DNA of 64,000 nt, taken from Rhizophagus irregularis. Lineage: Eukaryota. The translations under genes and the position numbers were made by a program. Positions 1 through 13,045 of this stretch are shown one piece after another. The DNA lies in contig NC_089429.1 of the NCBI RefSeq assembly GCF_026210795.1, positions 4,774,001 through 4,838,000 of the forward strand, given 5' to 3'. Below the pieces are notes generated by a model. It was not told the origin of the DNA, ran no database searches, and was given only the letters and a program-made list of their open reading frames with translations. Positions within the stretch are counted from its first letter, which is position 1, and each line of letters opens with the position of its first letter.

Positions 1-840
1 TTTTTTTATATATTATATATTATCAATAAATTTAAAACCAAATAATTATTTAAATCAGTCATTTTTCCAAAGTTGTGATATGATGAGGCAACAGTTATCG
101 AAAAATTAAGAATATTGGTATTGTTGATTGTTTTTGATTATAATTTTTAATGTTATAGCCAAATTTCATTTTTAAAAACAAAATTTTATTTATTTTAGTG
201 ACGGAATTATTATTGACTTTATTATTATTGCAATTTAAAATGTACAAGAACGATTATCGCCTTTTGCAAATTTAATAGATGAACCAAAGATCGCATTGCT
301 ATTTTTCTGACATTTTTTGAAGTATCGCATGATTTTTTTCTTGAACTATCATATAGAATTGGAAAAGATTCCCCTTTTTAGCGTACCTCAATCGAATAAG
401 TAATGTGATCTAATTTTATAATGTGGCATAACAAATCTTAACATTTATCTCGTAAACATTTTACTAATAGTCGTGCATTTTTTTGCATGAAATTTCATAA
501 AATTCTAGTTTTATAGAAAAAGAGAGGATATTAATTATTAAGGATATTAAGAATATCTAATAATATAATAAATGTATCAAAATTAAAAATAATGAGATTG
601 ATACGCAATAAAATTAGCAACCATTTTGATTAATTGTGCAGGTGCAGTTAGAGATGTCACTTTCCTTCATAAGGATCTAAATCTAAATATGTGATATAAA
701 CTATAACAAAAAAAGATATTCATCAGTGAAGATTTGGGATAACATTTTATGCGAATATAAAAATAACTTTGTGGCTGTAGACCCGTAAAACGTACCCATC
801 ATTAAAAATCGCAGCTAAGCATTCATATGATATACATGTG

Positions 841-1800
841 CCTTACGAAAAAAATTCTTTAAAATAAACTAATAATTTTGATATACTTAAAATATATTTA
901 AATACACTTTAATACATTTTAAGTGTAAAAAATTTACACTTAAAAGTATACTTAAAATTTTTAAGTATAATTTAAGAGTATATAGTAAATCGGTACGGTA
1001 TGATTTAGTGTAAAGGTACGATCAATTTGTACGAATGGGCATGATGTTAATCATATTATTGGCTTAATATTGTTACGAATTACGATTGATAACAATTATG
1101 AAAATTTGACAAATAAATCGAATAGCAATACTTAAGGCTAAAAGATGTGCAACTTAAAAAAATTGAACAAGAAATGAACAAATAAATAAAATTATATTTA
1201 ATATGATTCTATAATTATTATGTTTCAGGAAAATTTTATAAATTTAGAATTTTAGATAGAAAGGTTTGCATGTTTAAAAAATAAGTACAAGTTCGTAAAA
1301 TCAAATAAATAAATTTACATAATAAAGTAAATTTGTCAATTTTTGTTGAAGTACAATTGGTTGGAATTATTATTCTTTTCAATATTTCAATTAATTGCTT
1401 CATCAAAATTATGTAAAAGTCAATATTTAAAATATTTATTACCTTTTAAGTTTATAGTCATCTTTAATTATTTCAGATGGACAAATCCAGCTATTAGTTA
1501 GATATAATTTGAACATCCCTTTTAATTAATAATCAGGCTTACGTTATTACTATCTTTATACATTTGGTTTCGTACCATACTTGTAGTAATATATATACGG
1601 CAAAACAGGTACGGTATGATCATCTCAGCAAATAAATTATTATACCGGTAATTATTAATATCATATCTGTAAACAAACAAGCATACCAGTTACACCATAT
1701 CATACCAAATAATAATTTAAGGGTGAAAATCACCGCCGGTGATATTTAATACTATTTTAAAGTATACAAGTACATTTTAAGTATATTTTATTTCATAGGG
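841..1800. mobile_element. Degenerate non-autonomous TIR element inserted in the promoter of the first BTB-SPRY gene
   Basis: Interrupts the promoter motif 'catatgatatacatgtg|a' that is contiguous at 50821-50840. Ends CCTTACGAAA.../...TTTCATAGGG are imperfect inverted repeats, and TGTG flanks both sides (837-840, 1801-1804). Confidence 0.5.
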
Positions 1801-1923
1801 TGTGACATCATAATACAAGTGTACAACATTGTACAGAATATATAAATACTGGGTGGGCCCATTATAATCCAAAATAAGATTTATTATTACTTATTTTTTG
1901 AAAAAAAAAAAAATTCCGAAAAA

Positions 1924-3327
1924 ATGACAAGAGGGTATTCATTAGAACAAGATTTTGGATTATTAGTAAATAATCCAAAGTACAGTGATGTAGAAATTTT
2001 ATGTGAAGATGAAAAGAAATTACACGGTTGTAGAGCAATTTTAGCAGCAAGGTCCGAAGTATTTGATAGACTACTTTATAATGGGATGAAAAAAAATCAC
2101 GATAATCAAATTTCTTTTCCAAAGATTAAGTCCGCTGGAATGGAAATTGTTTTAGAATATATTTATACGGGATCAGTTAAAGAAGAATCTTTAACAAAAG
2201 ATAATGCAGTTGAAGCTTTTTACGCTGCAGATTATTTTCGATTATCAGACCTTCAAGATTTTATTACAAAAACGGTTAAGGATACTAATTTGGCAAAATA
2301 TTATTCACCGGAATTATTATCTAAAGTTTCAGAAAAATTACCATTAACAGAAGATAATACTCTCATTAATTTATTGGTTGAAACAATGGCAATAATGTCA
2401 TTAAATGATATTGAATTTGGTCGATTGTCTGTAGCAGGTCTTAAATATCTTTTATCTTGTACACATGAAAGAGAAAAGCCTTTTGCAACACCAGAATATG
2501 AAGTTTTTCGTTATAGTGCTATTCTCGCAGCAAAACAAGTTTCTAATGATGCAAATAAAATTCTTACGAAACTGTTGCCAACTTTAGATCAAATAGAGAG
2601 TCCAATCAAAGTAAAAAATAAATTCATTACCGATCATCAAAAAGTTGGCAAAGAATTAGAACCTTTGATTAAATTTATTGATTTCAGAAGAATTAAAGTT
2701 CAAATATTAGCAGATATTATTGAACCATTAGAAATTGTTCCAGATAAAATAATTTCTAATGCTTATCGATATATAGCGTTATCAAATAATTCAAATTTAA
2801 ATTATATTCGTGGAAAACCAATTAAATCAATTGATCAATCCGATTACTATGTTTGGGATGAATCAGCATGTGGATCAAAACTTATTATTGAGGATAATGG
2901 AAAAATTGTGCAAACACTAAATAATTGTAATTCTCATCAAAATGTTAGAGCTAAAATAGTATTAGAGGATAAAGGTATTTTTGAATGGGATATCATTATT
3001 GAGAAAACTTGTGCATATGCTTGGGTTGGAGTTTGTGCGTCAGAAAATTTCGATTACGAAAAATTTGCAAGATATCAATCTACTGGATGGGTATTGGGTT
3101 CCAGTGGTTGTTGTAATAAATCCATAGAAAATTATTGTCCACCATTTGGTGATGGTACGAAAGTTACAGTTCATTTAGATATGAATAAAAGAACTTGTGC
3201 TTTTTCAATCGACGGTAAAAAGTATCGGGAGGTATCAGAGTGGGACAATTTACCATCAAAGCTTTATCCAGTAGTATCATTATTTTCTCCTGGTCGCTTT
3301 CGAATTCAACCACATCAAAAAAGTTAG
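1924..3327 (+). CDS. BTB/POZ + BACK-like + SPRY/B30.2-like protein (putative Cullin3 substrate adaptor), 467 aa
   Basis: Intact single-exon ORF. BTB motifs YSDVEI, HGCRAILAARSEVF, LEYIYTG, AADYF. SPRY motifs WVGV, GWVLG, VTVHLDM..RTCAF, LYPVVSL. Confidence 0.92.
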   Translation: MTRGYSLEQDFGLLVNNPKYSDVEILCEDEKKLHGCRAILAARSEVFDRLLYNGMKKNHDNQISFPKIKSAGMEIVLEYIYTGSVKEESLTKDNAVEAFYAADYFRLSDLQDFITKTVKDTNLAKYYSPELLSKVSEKLPLTEDNTLINLLVETMAIMSLNDIEFGRLSVAGLKYLLSCTHEREKPFATPEYEVFRYSAILAAKQVSNDANKILTKLLPTLDQIESPIKVKNKFITDHQKVGKELEPLIKFIDFRRIKVQILADIIEPLEIVPDKIISNAYRYIALSNNSNLNYIRGKPIKSIDQSDYYVWDESACGSKLIIEDNGKIVQTLNNCNSHQNVRAKIVLEDKGIFEWDIIIEKTCAYAWVGVCASENFDYEKFARYQSTGWVLGSSGCCNKSIENYCPPFGDGTKVTVHLDMNKRTCAFSIDGKKYREVSEWDNLPSKLYPVVSLFSPGRFRIQPHQKS

Positions 3328-4076
3328 TCTTGAGTTATTGTTATAAGTATATATTAAAATGTGTACTTTTTTTTAATTAAAAATAAATGAATGATGGTAT
3401 ATATAGTATATTTAGTTATAAAATTTTTTTGTTTTTCATCTTATGCAACATTTATTAATATTGCGAAGAGATATTTGAAATTTATAATTACTAAAATCAC
3501 GCATGATTAGTATTGTGAGCTAAACCTTTATGTCTCGCCATGCCAGATTTCCAAATTTCTGAAATCTGCCAATAACATGCTATACTGACAAAACTTTTTT
3601 AAACCATGTTATATAAAATTATAAACTTTATCGAATAAAAATTTATAAAATGATTGCATTTTTACTAATTATATTAAATGTGTACAGTAAACAGTGTTAT
3701 ATGTGAATGTAAATAAACTAACATCACTGAGTTTTATTTTTTCGTTAAAAATTATTACTCTATAAATAGATGTACTTTTTATTTGGATGTTGGACCGACC
3801 AAAAAAAACTTTAGCCGGTTAAAAACCGATTAACCAACGCAATGGCCTTTAATCGATTAATTAGTCGTTTAATATTAAAAAATTGTAAAGTTCTTTTTTC
3901 TAAATGTAATTTGGTACTGTGGTACAACGAATTATTTAGTAAAATTTTGATGAACACGTGACCGAAATTTCACATCACTTTATCATCATTACGGAGGCGC
4001 AGCTAAAATTTCATGTAACCGAACCGACAATTTTCTTTTCTTAGTTTTCTGAGTTTAGTACAACATAGTACAAATA

Positions 4077-4599
4077 CACAGTGAAATTCGATAAACCGGA
4101 TATTCGATAAACCGGATTTGGGCCTAAACCGGACTTTTTTGCTGGAACCAAATCACGTATATTAAAATAGGCTCGATATACCGGAGTTCACTAGTAAAAG
4201 CTCGATATTCGCTATAACGGATCAATTTTCTAACCAGCTATAGTAAAAATGATTCGATAAACCGGATCACGTGACTGGGAACCAATAAAATTTAAGTAAC
4301 GTGATTCGGTAAATCTTAAATTTGGCCGGAATTATAAAAATCTTAATTCCGGATGAAGTTAAGTATTACTTATATATTCAATTAAAATATTTTATATTCA
4401 TTTTCATGACCTCTATAACTTAAAACTAGATGAAAAAATCAAATTATAGTGTATATTAGTTTTATTAGCATGAAAATTTTTTAAAAATTCAATATAATAG
4501 ATTTTCAATATATCGAAATTTTTTCGCTAAACCGGATATCCCGATAAACCGGATATTTTTAGTGGAACCGATAGATCCGGTTTATCGAATTTCACTGTG
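4077..4599. mobile_element. MITE, Tc1/mariner-pogo-like (TA target duplication)
   Basis: Perfect TIR CACAGTGAAATTCGATAAACCGGAT / ATCCGGTTTATCGAATTTCACTGTG, TA on both sides (4075-76, 4600-01), internal repeats of 'ataaaccgga'. Confidence 0.85.
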
Positions 4600-4809
4600 T
4601 ATATAGTAACCAACAAAAATATTTCTTTTTAGTTTTCCTTTTTTATTTCTTTTTTTTTATTTTTTTTAAAAAAATTATTCCTTTTTATTCCTTTTTTTTT
4701 ATCCTTTTTTTTAAAAAAAAACAATCCTTCCTCTTTTTTCAAAAAAAATTTCTTCAAAAAAATTCTTCCTCTTTAAAAAAAAAATTATTTCCTTTTTTTT
4801 TAAAGAAAA

Positions 4810-6216
4810 ATGATAAGAGGATATTCATTAAACCAAGATTTAAAATTGCTAGTAAATAATTCAAAGTATAGTGATATAGAAATATTATGTAAGGATGAAA
4901 TAAAATTATATGGTTGTAGAGCAATTTTAGCAGCAAGGTCTGAAGTACTTGAAGGATTACTTTATAATGGAATGAAAGAGAGTTTCGAAAGACAAATTTC
5001 TTTTCCAACGATCAATTCTTCTGGAATGAAAATTATATTAGAATATATTTATGTTGGATCAATTGAAGTAAATTCTTTGACTAAAGATAATATAATTGAA
5101 GCTTATTGTGCTGCGGATTATTTTCAATTATTGGACCTTCAGGAATTTATAATGAGAACCATTAAAATTTTTTTAAAAAATAATTACACAACAAACTATT
5201 CGCCCGAATTATTATCTAAAGTTGTAGAAATTATGCCTTTATCAGAGGATAATACTCTTCTTAACTTATTAGTCAAAGAAGTAGCAACTATTTTATTAAC
5301 TGATATTGAAATTGGTCGATTATCTATTATAGCTCTTCAATATCTTTTATTTTATGCACATGAAAATGATATACCTTTTGCAACACCAGAGTATGAAGTT
5401 TTCCGATATAGTGCTATTTTTGCAGCTAAAAATGTTTCTGATGTTACATATAAGGCTCTAATGGAAAAGTTACCAACTTTAGAGCAAATAGATAACTTGA
5501 TTCAAATAGAAAATAAATTTATTACAGATCATCAAAAAGTTGCTCAAGAATTGGAACATTTGATCGAATATATTGATTTCAGACGAATAAAAAAAAGCCA
5601 ATTTGATTTTATTGAACCGTTAAAAATTATTCCAGCTGAAATAATTCAACATAATTCAGAATTAATTAATTCAGATTTAAACAATATTCGAGGAATCCCA
5701 ATTTATAGAATTAAAGAATCTGAACTTTTTTGGGATGAATCAGCATGTGGATCAAATCTTGTTATTGAGGATAATGGGAAAATTATACAAGCATCAAATA
5801 ATTGTAAATCACACCAAAGTGCTAGAGCTAACATATTAATAGAAGACAAAGGTATTTTTGAATGGGATGTTATTATTGAGAAATATTGTACATATTCTTG
5901 GGTAGGAGTATGTGCATCAGAAAATTTTAATTATGAAAATTTTGCAGGTAATCAACCTAATGGATGGGTATTAGGTTCTGGTGGTGCGTTTCGTAATAAT
6001 AATAACTTTGTAAGAAATTATTGTCCCTCGTTTCACAAAGATGGTGCAAGAATTACAGTTCATTTAGATATGAATAAAAGAACTTGTGCTTTTACAGTAA
6101 ATGGTATAAAGTATCGGGAAATATTAGAATGGAATAATTTACCATCAAAGCCTTATCCGGTAGTATCATTACGTTATCCTGGTCGTTTTCGAATTCTATC
6201 TCATCAAAAGAAATAG
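4810..6216 (+). CDS. BTB/POZ-SPRY protein, 468 aa (relatively divergent paralogue)
   Basis: Intact ORF with the same domain motifs as 1924..3327. Confidence 0.92.
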   Translation: MIRGYSLNQDLKLLVNNSKYSDIEILCKDEIKLYGCRAILAARSEVLEGLLYNGMKESFERQISFPTINSSGMKIILEYIYVGSIEVNSLTKDNIIEAYCAADYFQLLDLQEFIMRTIKIFLKNNYTTNYSPELLSKVVEIMPLSEDNTLLNLLVKEVATILLTDIEIGRLSIIALQYLLFYAHENDIPFATPEYEVFRYSAIFAAKNVSDVTYKALMEKLPTLEQIDNLIQIENKFITDHQKVAQELEHLIEYIDFRRIKKSQFDFIEPLKIIPAEIIQHNSELINSDLNNIRGIPIYRIKESELFWDESACGSNLVIEDNGKIIQASNNCKSHQSARANILIEDKGIFEWDVIIEKYCTYSWVGVCASENFNYENFAGNQPNGWVLGSGGAFRNNNNFVRNYCPSFHKDGARITVHLDMNKRTCAFTVNGIKYREILEWNNLPSKPYPVVSLRYPGRFRILSHQKK

Positions 6217-6286
6217 AAAATTTTTGTCCTCATATACAGCAGTTTAGCCAATAAAATTTCACAAAAAAATTCTATTTAAGCCGAAA

Positions 6287-7921
6287 ATGTCTATCACGTT
6301 ACTCTGTTTCGTCAAAGGAAACACACTTGCAAATGCTTTTCCCGTCGATGTTGAGAAAGACCAGCTTGTTGGCCGCCTCAAAAAAGTTATCAAGGCGGCA
6401 AAACAAAATAAGTTTACTAGTGTAGATGCAGATAAGTTCAGAACTACGGAAGGTGGAAATTTCTGTCGATCGCGAACGATCAGTTGAGCAATCTCTTCTC
6501 CGGGACAAGGACGAACTCCTTGCAAAAAGAGATATAGGCTACTGGACCGAGAACCGCCTAAGAGGCATATTCGTAAAGTTGCCACGTAAGTGTCTGGTCT
6601 GTAATTTTTCGTCATTTGCCCTCGTGATATTAATACGTATTTGTTTCTAGTTCTTAGTTTGGAAGAGGCGTTATCTTGTATTCCACGGTTTCCACCACCC
6701 TTAACATATTCTCCGAAATGCACTACATCAAAGACCACTACAAAGGTCAATGGTAGCCCGCAAACAAGAATGCTTCTATGGGGGATTTTTTCGAGGAAGT
6801 GAATCAATTCCGCTTCGACCAATAACCGAAATTCAGAGGCCGAGATTTAATGATAGATTTGTTGTACTCAATGAAGAAGTTCTTCGTAATTCCATGAATG
6901 TTAATATTTGAGTATTCGATGCGACAAACTTATAATCCTGGCATACCGGATTTCACCTGTCACTATCTCGTGGAATTATTGATCTTGGTGATTTAAGTTA
7001 AGAGGAAACATGTTTTGGAAGATATCAACGGAAGGACATTCCCCGAGTTTTATCAGACGGATGAAAAGGCAAGAATGGTAATCCAACAAATCTACAATTA
7101 CATGGGATACGAACTTAGATATGGCATCCTTGCCGCTTACGACAATCACTGGTTTCTACGTCGAGAGTATACAGAGCTCTGGATTTCAAAAACTCTTCCA
7201 CCACATATGCTTATATAACTCGGCAAGCAAAAGAGAATCCAAAGTCTCCTCATCCTCAAGTACTAGTGCTACTAGTGCCGGTTCACGAAGATAATAATTC
7301 ACGTACTCTTCGGTCACTCAAAATCGTCTTTTAGATTCTCAAATCAACAGTCTTCTAGCATCTTGCTAAATAAACAATTGCCTTCTAACATTCCCGTAAA
7401 TCAACAAAATTGTGGCTTTACGGACTTCAAGTTTAAGGGCATACTAGGTGAAGGACGAAGTGGTAAAACACTCCTATGTGAGTTTCGTGTGGCGATCTGA
7501 TTGCTTTGAAGAGTGTAAACTTATCGAAGGCCCCACCATATGTCTTGAAAGAAATGCAAAAAGAAGTTGAGATTTATAAGGACCTCGCTGATATTCAAGG
7601 TGAGTGTATCCCAAAGTTGGTCTGTTATGAATATTATGGAGGAGGAATGAGCTTCGTTATCGGCATGACCATTGTCGGTACTACGCTAAGCGAGTAAAAA
7701 TAACGAAACGGCAAAGGTCAAGGGCTATTAAGGGATTAGAAGCGATTAACAAGCATAGCATCCTCCACAATGATATTCGGGAGGAAAACAACTTAATTAA
7801 CGATAACGGCGATGTGTACCTACCTGATTGACTTCAGGATGGCAAGTCGGGCGGACACAAAAAGCTTTTTGAGGGGGAACGACTCAAATATTCTAACTTA
7901 CTAGATAGATATAATGCGTAA
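6287..7921 (+). pseudogene. Crinkler (CRN)-type N-terminus fused to a C-terminal protein-kinase-like domain, degraded
   Basis: MSITLLCFVKGNTLANAFPVDVEKDQLVGRLKKVIK..VDADK resembles the CRN ubiquitin-like N-domain. IFVKLP is followed by a GTAAGT donor (~6586). Kinase motifs GEGRSGKT (~7447), IPKLVCY and LHNDIREEN (~7762). Multiple frameshifts and stops. Confidence 0.75.
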
Positions 7922-8381
7922 GAATTTATTTCCTTTACAGAGTCAAGACTGTGTTTTCTTGTAGTCTTAGTTCTTGTCATTAATAATAATCATGTATTTA
8001 TAGACATTTCATAAAGAACGCGGAGCGAAATTCCGTGGGATTATACATTAGGCATATCATAGAAACTTCATGTATCAGTGAACTATGTTCACAACTTTGT
8101 ATTTATTTTTTACATGTATTAATAAAAAATTTTCTGGCACCCGAAAATCTGGTGACTTTATAACCTATTTTTTTTCTTAGCAGAATGTATATATACTAAC
8201 GGACCTTTTGGCTATTTATATTCTCCATAAAATATTATCTGTGAATGTGATTCCAGAAGAAATAATATCCTCGAGTCTTCTTGGCTTGAATCACATGATC
8301 CACACATGTAACATCCGCAGACCAGTTTATTTTTTCAGAAAAAAAAATATATACAAAATATATTATTTTATTACTATATTA

Positions 8382-8603
8382 ATTCATGATCCGTGAGTCG
8401 CAAAAAATTCATACATGATTTCGGTGCAAATTTATGTCTTTATGTAAACTCATTAAACACCAACATATTTTAATGCATAATATTTATCCCAAAGTTGATT
8501 TTTACAATAATTTTTTCACATAATTTTCTACTTTTATTTGACGCCACGCCAGATTCCCATCATTTTCTGTAGATCGTTTGCAGTGGACTCGTGGATCACG
8601 AAT
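8382..8603. mobile_element. Possible degenerate MITE
   Basis: Imperfect inverted ends attcatgatccgtgagtc / gactcgtggatcacgaat; no clear target duplication. Confidence 0.3.
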
Positions 8604-9439
8604 AAAAATAAAATTTTAATTATTTTTAAGCACGGATTAAACCGATGATGATCTTTATATATGGATAGCATTTAATTTTTCTATTATAATTTTAAGGAGT
8701 ATCCGTTGATCTGATTTTCGTGATGAATAATAATATCGTAATTTCTTCTAAAGATTTATTCCAAAAATCGAACCTTAGACCCACTACAAATCATATAAAA
8801 AGAAGGGGGGACAGTTAGTGAACCTTTTTATCTACCTTGTGCAAATATAAGCAAAAAATCAAAAAATCAGGTAAAACCAATAATTTCTAATCAAACTTAC
8901 ATCCTTGATCAAATAAACGAGATTATTCTAGTAAGGTCAGCTAGCTTCTTGAAACATATCATCACGATGTTAATCGATTTTCCAACCTCTATACTAGATG
9001 TTCTAAAACAAAATGAACATTTTACTCTTCTTGCTATGTATCGGCATTTTGAGAAAATCATCATACGTATAATAGGCGCAATATCATAAAAATAATTCCC
9101 CGTGATAGGATATTGTCTTTATCGCCCTCCCTCTTTGATAGCATCATATATTATTTCATTTCTCAAGCTAGCGAAAAATCAAGTTGAACCTGCGCCCTAC
9201 GATCTTCAATCATATGCTCTACCGTAAAGCATCTTTTTTTCTTTGCAAATAAAAGTCGCCGATCTGAATTTGAATTCTATAGTGCGCATCACCTTTAGTC
9301 TTTATGACACATGATTCACTTAGATGATCAACTAATCAATCTCGATTTCATATATATATCTTAATTTCCCATTTCTGCAAAAAAATCCCTTTTTATTCTA
9401 ACCATTTTGTGAAGCTATTCATTTGCACAAAAATCTTAA

Positions 9440-10358
9440 ATGGCTTCTTCAACTAATGTTCGTAAAGAAATTAGTCGTCTCTATAACGTGAACTCTGGAA
9501 TCACGGATGAAGAATTTAGTGGCTTATTGGCTTATATCGTTGTCAACCCTAATAAAGTAGCCGATATTGAAGAATGCCTTAAATACGGAAATGATAGAGT
9601 TAGGCTTAGATACTTGAGAACATTGTTATCTTCTAGTATGTTTTCAAGTATGCTTAACTACATTATTTGGTTTGCCAATAATAATACTTACTTATTCTTG
9701 TGCTTTTCTTTCCTCCTGCTTATGATCGTCAAAAACATTCGCGTTATCGTAGAGCAATCAGCTGCTGGTAAGTGAGTCATAATAAATTAGTCAACACGAA
9801 ACGCAACCTAGCTTGATGATTTTTCTTCTACGATAATATCGAATATTCTACTTTCTCATTTCCTAACAATAATGTTAAACTTTTTAGGACAAGGTGATTT
9901 TCCTAATTTAGATTCTCTGAAAAATATAATTAAGGAAGTCGTCAAAGATGAAGTGAAGGACATCAAAAATGACGTGAGGGAGATCAAAAATGAAGTGAGG
10001 GACATCAAAAATGAATTGAGCGGCCTTGGTTTTAAAATAGAGCAGGATTTTAATAAACTAATTCGTGCTATGGATAGCATCGATCTATTCACTAGGTATG
10101 TTATTCATCTGATCCGTCAATCATTTCTGCAAACGCCATTCTGAGGTAACAGGAACTGACAAGGGTAGTATTGTTATGGAAAAAGGAGCACATATTGGCT
10201 TTCCACTCGTTTTGACCACGAGTAGCAAAAGAAGTGGAAATGGAAGGTTTACAAGTCCGTCTAACAAAAATGCAGATCCAAAAGAGGAAGAAATACAACA
10301 ATACTTTATTAACGAATGCAAGGAATTAGAAAGAACTCCAAATATAAAAAATAATTAA
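9440..10358 (+). pseudogene. 5' part of an unknown multi-exon gene with a short heptad coiled-coil, apparently truncated at a junction with a BTB promoter
   Basis: Coding-like segments MASSTNVRKE..., DEVKDIKNDVREIKNEVRDIKNE and EEEIQQYFINECKE separated by GT..AG intron-like stretches. The sequence switches abruptly to BTB promoter sequence at ~10360. Confidence 0.5.
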
Positions 10359-10534
10359 TCGATCGGTCATCATTATGGGCGCAGCAAAAGAATTCATATG
10401 ATATACTACATGTGATGTATCAAAACAATGCATTTCTAAGTTTAGTACAGAATAATATAAATATTTTCATTAAAAATCTAAAATAAAAAAAAAAAATGTT
10501 TACTTTTTTTTTAAAAAAAAGGTTTTTTGAAAAA

Positions 10535-11942
10535 ATGACAAGAGGATATTCATTAGAACAAGATTTAAGATTATTAGTAAATAATCCAAAGTATAGTGAT
10601 ATAGAAATTTTATGTGAAGATGGAAAGAAATTACACGGTTGTAGAGCAATTTTAGCAGCAAGATCCGAAGTATTTGATAGATTATTTTATAATGGAATGA
10701 AAGAAAGTTATGAAAACAAAATTTCTTTTCCAAAAATTAATTCTGCTGGAATGGAAATTATATTAGAATATATTTATCAGGGTCAGTTAAAGAAGAATCT
10801 TTAACAAAAGATAATACGGTTGAAGCTTTTTATGCTGCAGTCTATTTTCAATTATCGGACCTACAAGATTTTATTTTTAAAACATTTAAGAATACTAATT
10901 TTGCAAAAAATTATTCACCGGAATTACTATCTAAAATTTCGGAAAAAATGCCATTAACAGAAGATAACGTTCTTCTTAATTTATTGGTTGAAGCAGTAGC
11001 AAATATTTCATTAAATAATATTAAATTTGGTCGATTGTCTATCACGGGCCTTAAATGTCTTTTATCTTATATATATGAAAAAGAAAAACCATTTGCAACT
11101 CCAGAATATGAGGTTTTTCGATATAGCGCTATTCTTGCAGCAAAACAAGTTTCTAATGATGCACATAAAACTCTCACGAAACTGTTGCCAACTTTAGAAA
11201 AAATAGAGAATCCAATCAAAGTAAAAAATAAATTCATTACCGATCATCGAAAAGTTGGCAAAGAATTAGAACCTTTGATTAAATTTATTGATTTCAGAAG
11301 AATTAAAGTTCAAATATTAGCCGATATTATTGAACCACTAGAAATTGTCCCAGATAAAATAATTTCTAATGCTTATCGATATATAGCGTTATCAAATAAT
11401 TTAAATTTAAATAATTTAATTAATACTCGTGGAACGTCAATTAATGAAATTGATTATGTTTGGTATAAGCCAGCATATAGATCAAAACTTCGTTGTTATT
11501 AAGGATAATGGAAAATTGTGCAAGCAGAAAAAATAGCAATGTTCACCAATGTGTTAGAGGCACAATAGCGTTCGAAAATAAAGGACTTTTAAATGGGATG
11601 TTATTATTAAAAAAAATTGTTCATGGTCTTGGGTTGGAGTGTGCGCATCAAAAAATTTTGATTATCAAACCTTTGCAGGTAATCAACCTACTGGATGGGT
11701 ATTTGGTTCCGGTTGTCTTTACAATCCTGCTAGTGGATTTTATTATTGTCCGTCATTTCACGAAGATGGTGCAAGAATTACAGTTTATTTAGATATGAAC
11801 AAAAGAACTTGTGCTTTTACAGTCAATGGTAAAAAGTATCGGGAAGTATCAGAATGAAATAATTTACCATCAAAGATTTATCCGGTAGTATCGTTATGTT
11901 ATCCTGGTCTTTTTCGAATTCTATCTTATCAAAAAAATTTAG
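10535..11942 (+). pseudogene. BTB-SPRY pseudogene
   Basis: Starts MTRGYSLEQDL. 1-nt deletion at ~10777, 4-nt insertion at ~11490, further frameshift ~11590, TGG>TGA at 11855. Confidence 0.9.
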
Positions 11943-12950
11943 AATATTGAGTATAAATTATGTGAATAGAATTATTATATAAATTATGATTCCATATGAT
12001 TATTCTTATGTATTGAAGTACTATAAAAATAAAATATTTTGATTATTGCAAGAATTATGTCAAACTTATTTAATATTAGGTAAAAAAAATGTGAATTCTC
12101 AATATAAATAAACATAAGTAATTATATTGAACTTAAATTATTAACTAAAATTGTAATCACGTTAAAGAATTTTTTTTTGCATTGATTCACAAGAATTTCA
12201 TTATTCATAAGATCCAAATTATGTTTTGATGTAGGAATATGATTATTACTGAAATATAATATTATTCAGCCTGCATATTTTAAATTGCAAGGCATTAGTA
12301 CTTATACAATTGAAGTTTATTAATCTGAATACTTCTTTTCCTTCATCAGGAACTTTTCACATTGAAACAAATATTCTCAATAAATTTTTCCATACCGATA
12401 TAAAATTACGTGCAGCCTAATAGTATTAATTTTTTCTATGCGAAAGCGCTAAGCGCTACTTGAAAGAAAAAATAATAATTATAGAGAGTATTTATGTTTT
12501 TTAAATTTTGGTTAATTATGATAAATTTAATGCAAACTAAACCTTCGACCTATGCATTTGATGCATTTGATACATTTGATACATTTGATACTGAAAATAG
12601 AGTTACGTACAAGTATGACTGATCAAATGTGTCAAGAAATTATGGCTAACCTTTGTGAGCATCAAAAATATTATGCCAATCAAACCTGAATAGATCAATT
12701 ATTGTACAAAGAGCTGTTATGCATTCACAAGAAGTTTAAAAGAATGCACAAAATTGTCCAAAATGTAATGAATCACGCCGTATTTTAAATTGAATTTGGA
12801 GAACGTGTCCAAAATTTCACCGCATTCCTGATCGGATACATCACATGTATATCATATGAACTTTTTTGCTGCGCCTCCATAATGATGACCGATTAATATA
12901 AGAATGGGTAAAATTATCTAAGCCACAATTCTAATGCATTTCTAAGTTTA

Positions 12951-12975
12951 GTACAACATAGTACAGAATAATATA
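12951..12975 (+). promoter_or_regulatory. Conserved upstream motif GTACAACATAGTACAGAATA, about 70-125 bp before most BTB-SPRY start codons (example copy)
   Basis: Variants at ~1821, 4058, 10445 (partial), 12951, 48295, 50868/52108, 54588, 61997 and, reverse-complemented, at ~17820 and ~59535. Function is inferred from conservation only. Confidence 0.55.
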
Positions 12976-13045
12976 AATATTGGTTCATTAACATACAAAA
13001 TAAAAAAAAGTTTACTTTTTTTTAAAAAAAAGGTTTCTTGAAAAA

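Noticed and set aside
12553..12590. Short (catttgat) repeat absent in the duplicate, and a ~55-bp indel at ~57980-58040
   Set aside because: Ordinary slippage or microhomology indels with no sign of function.
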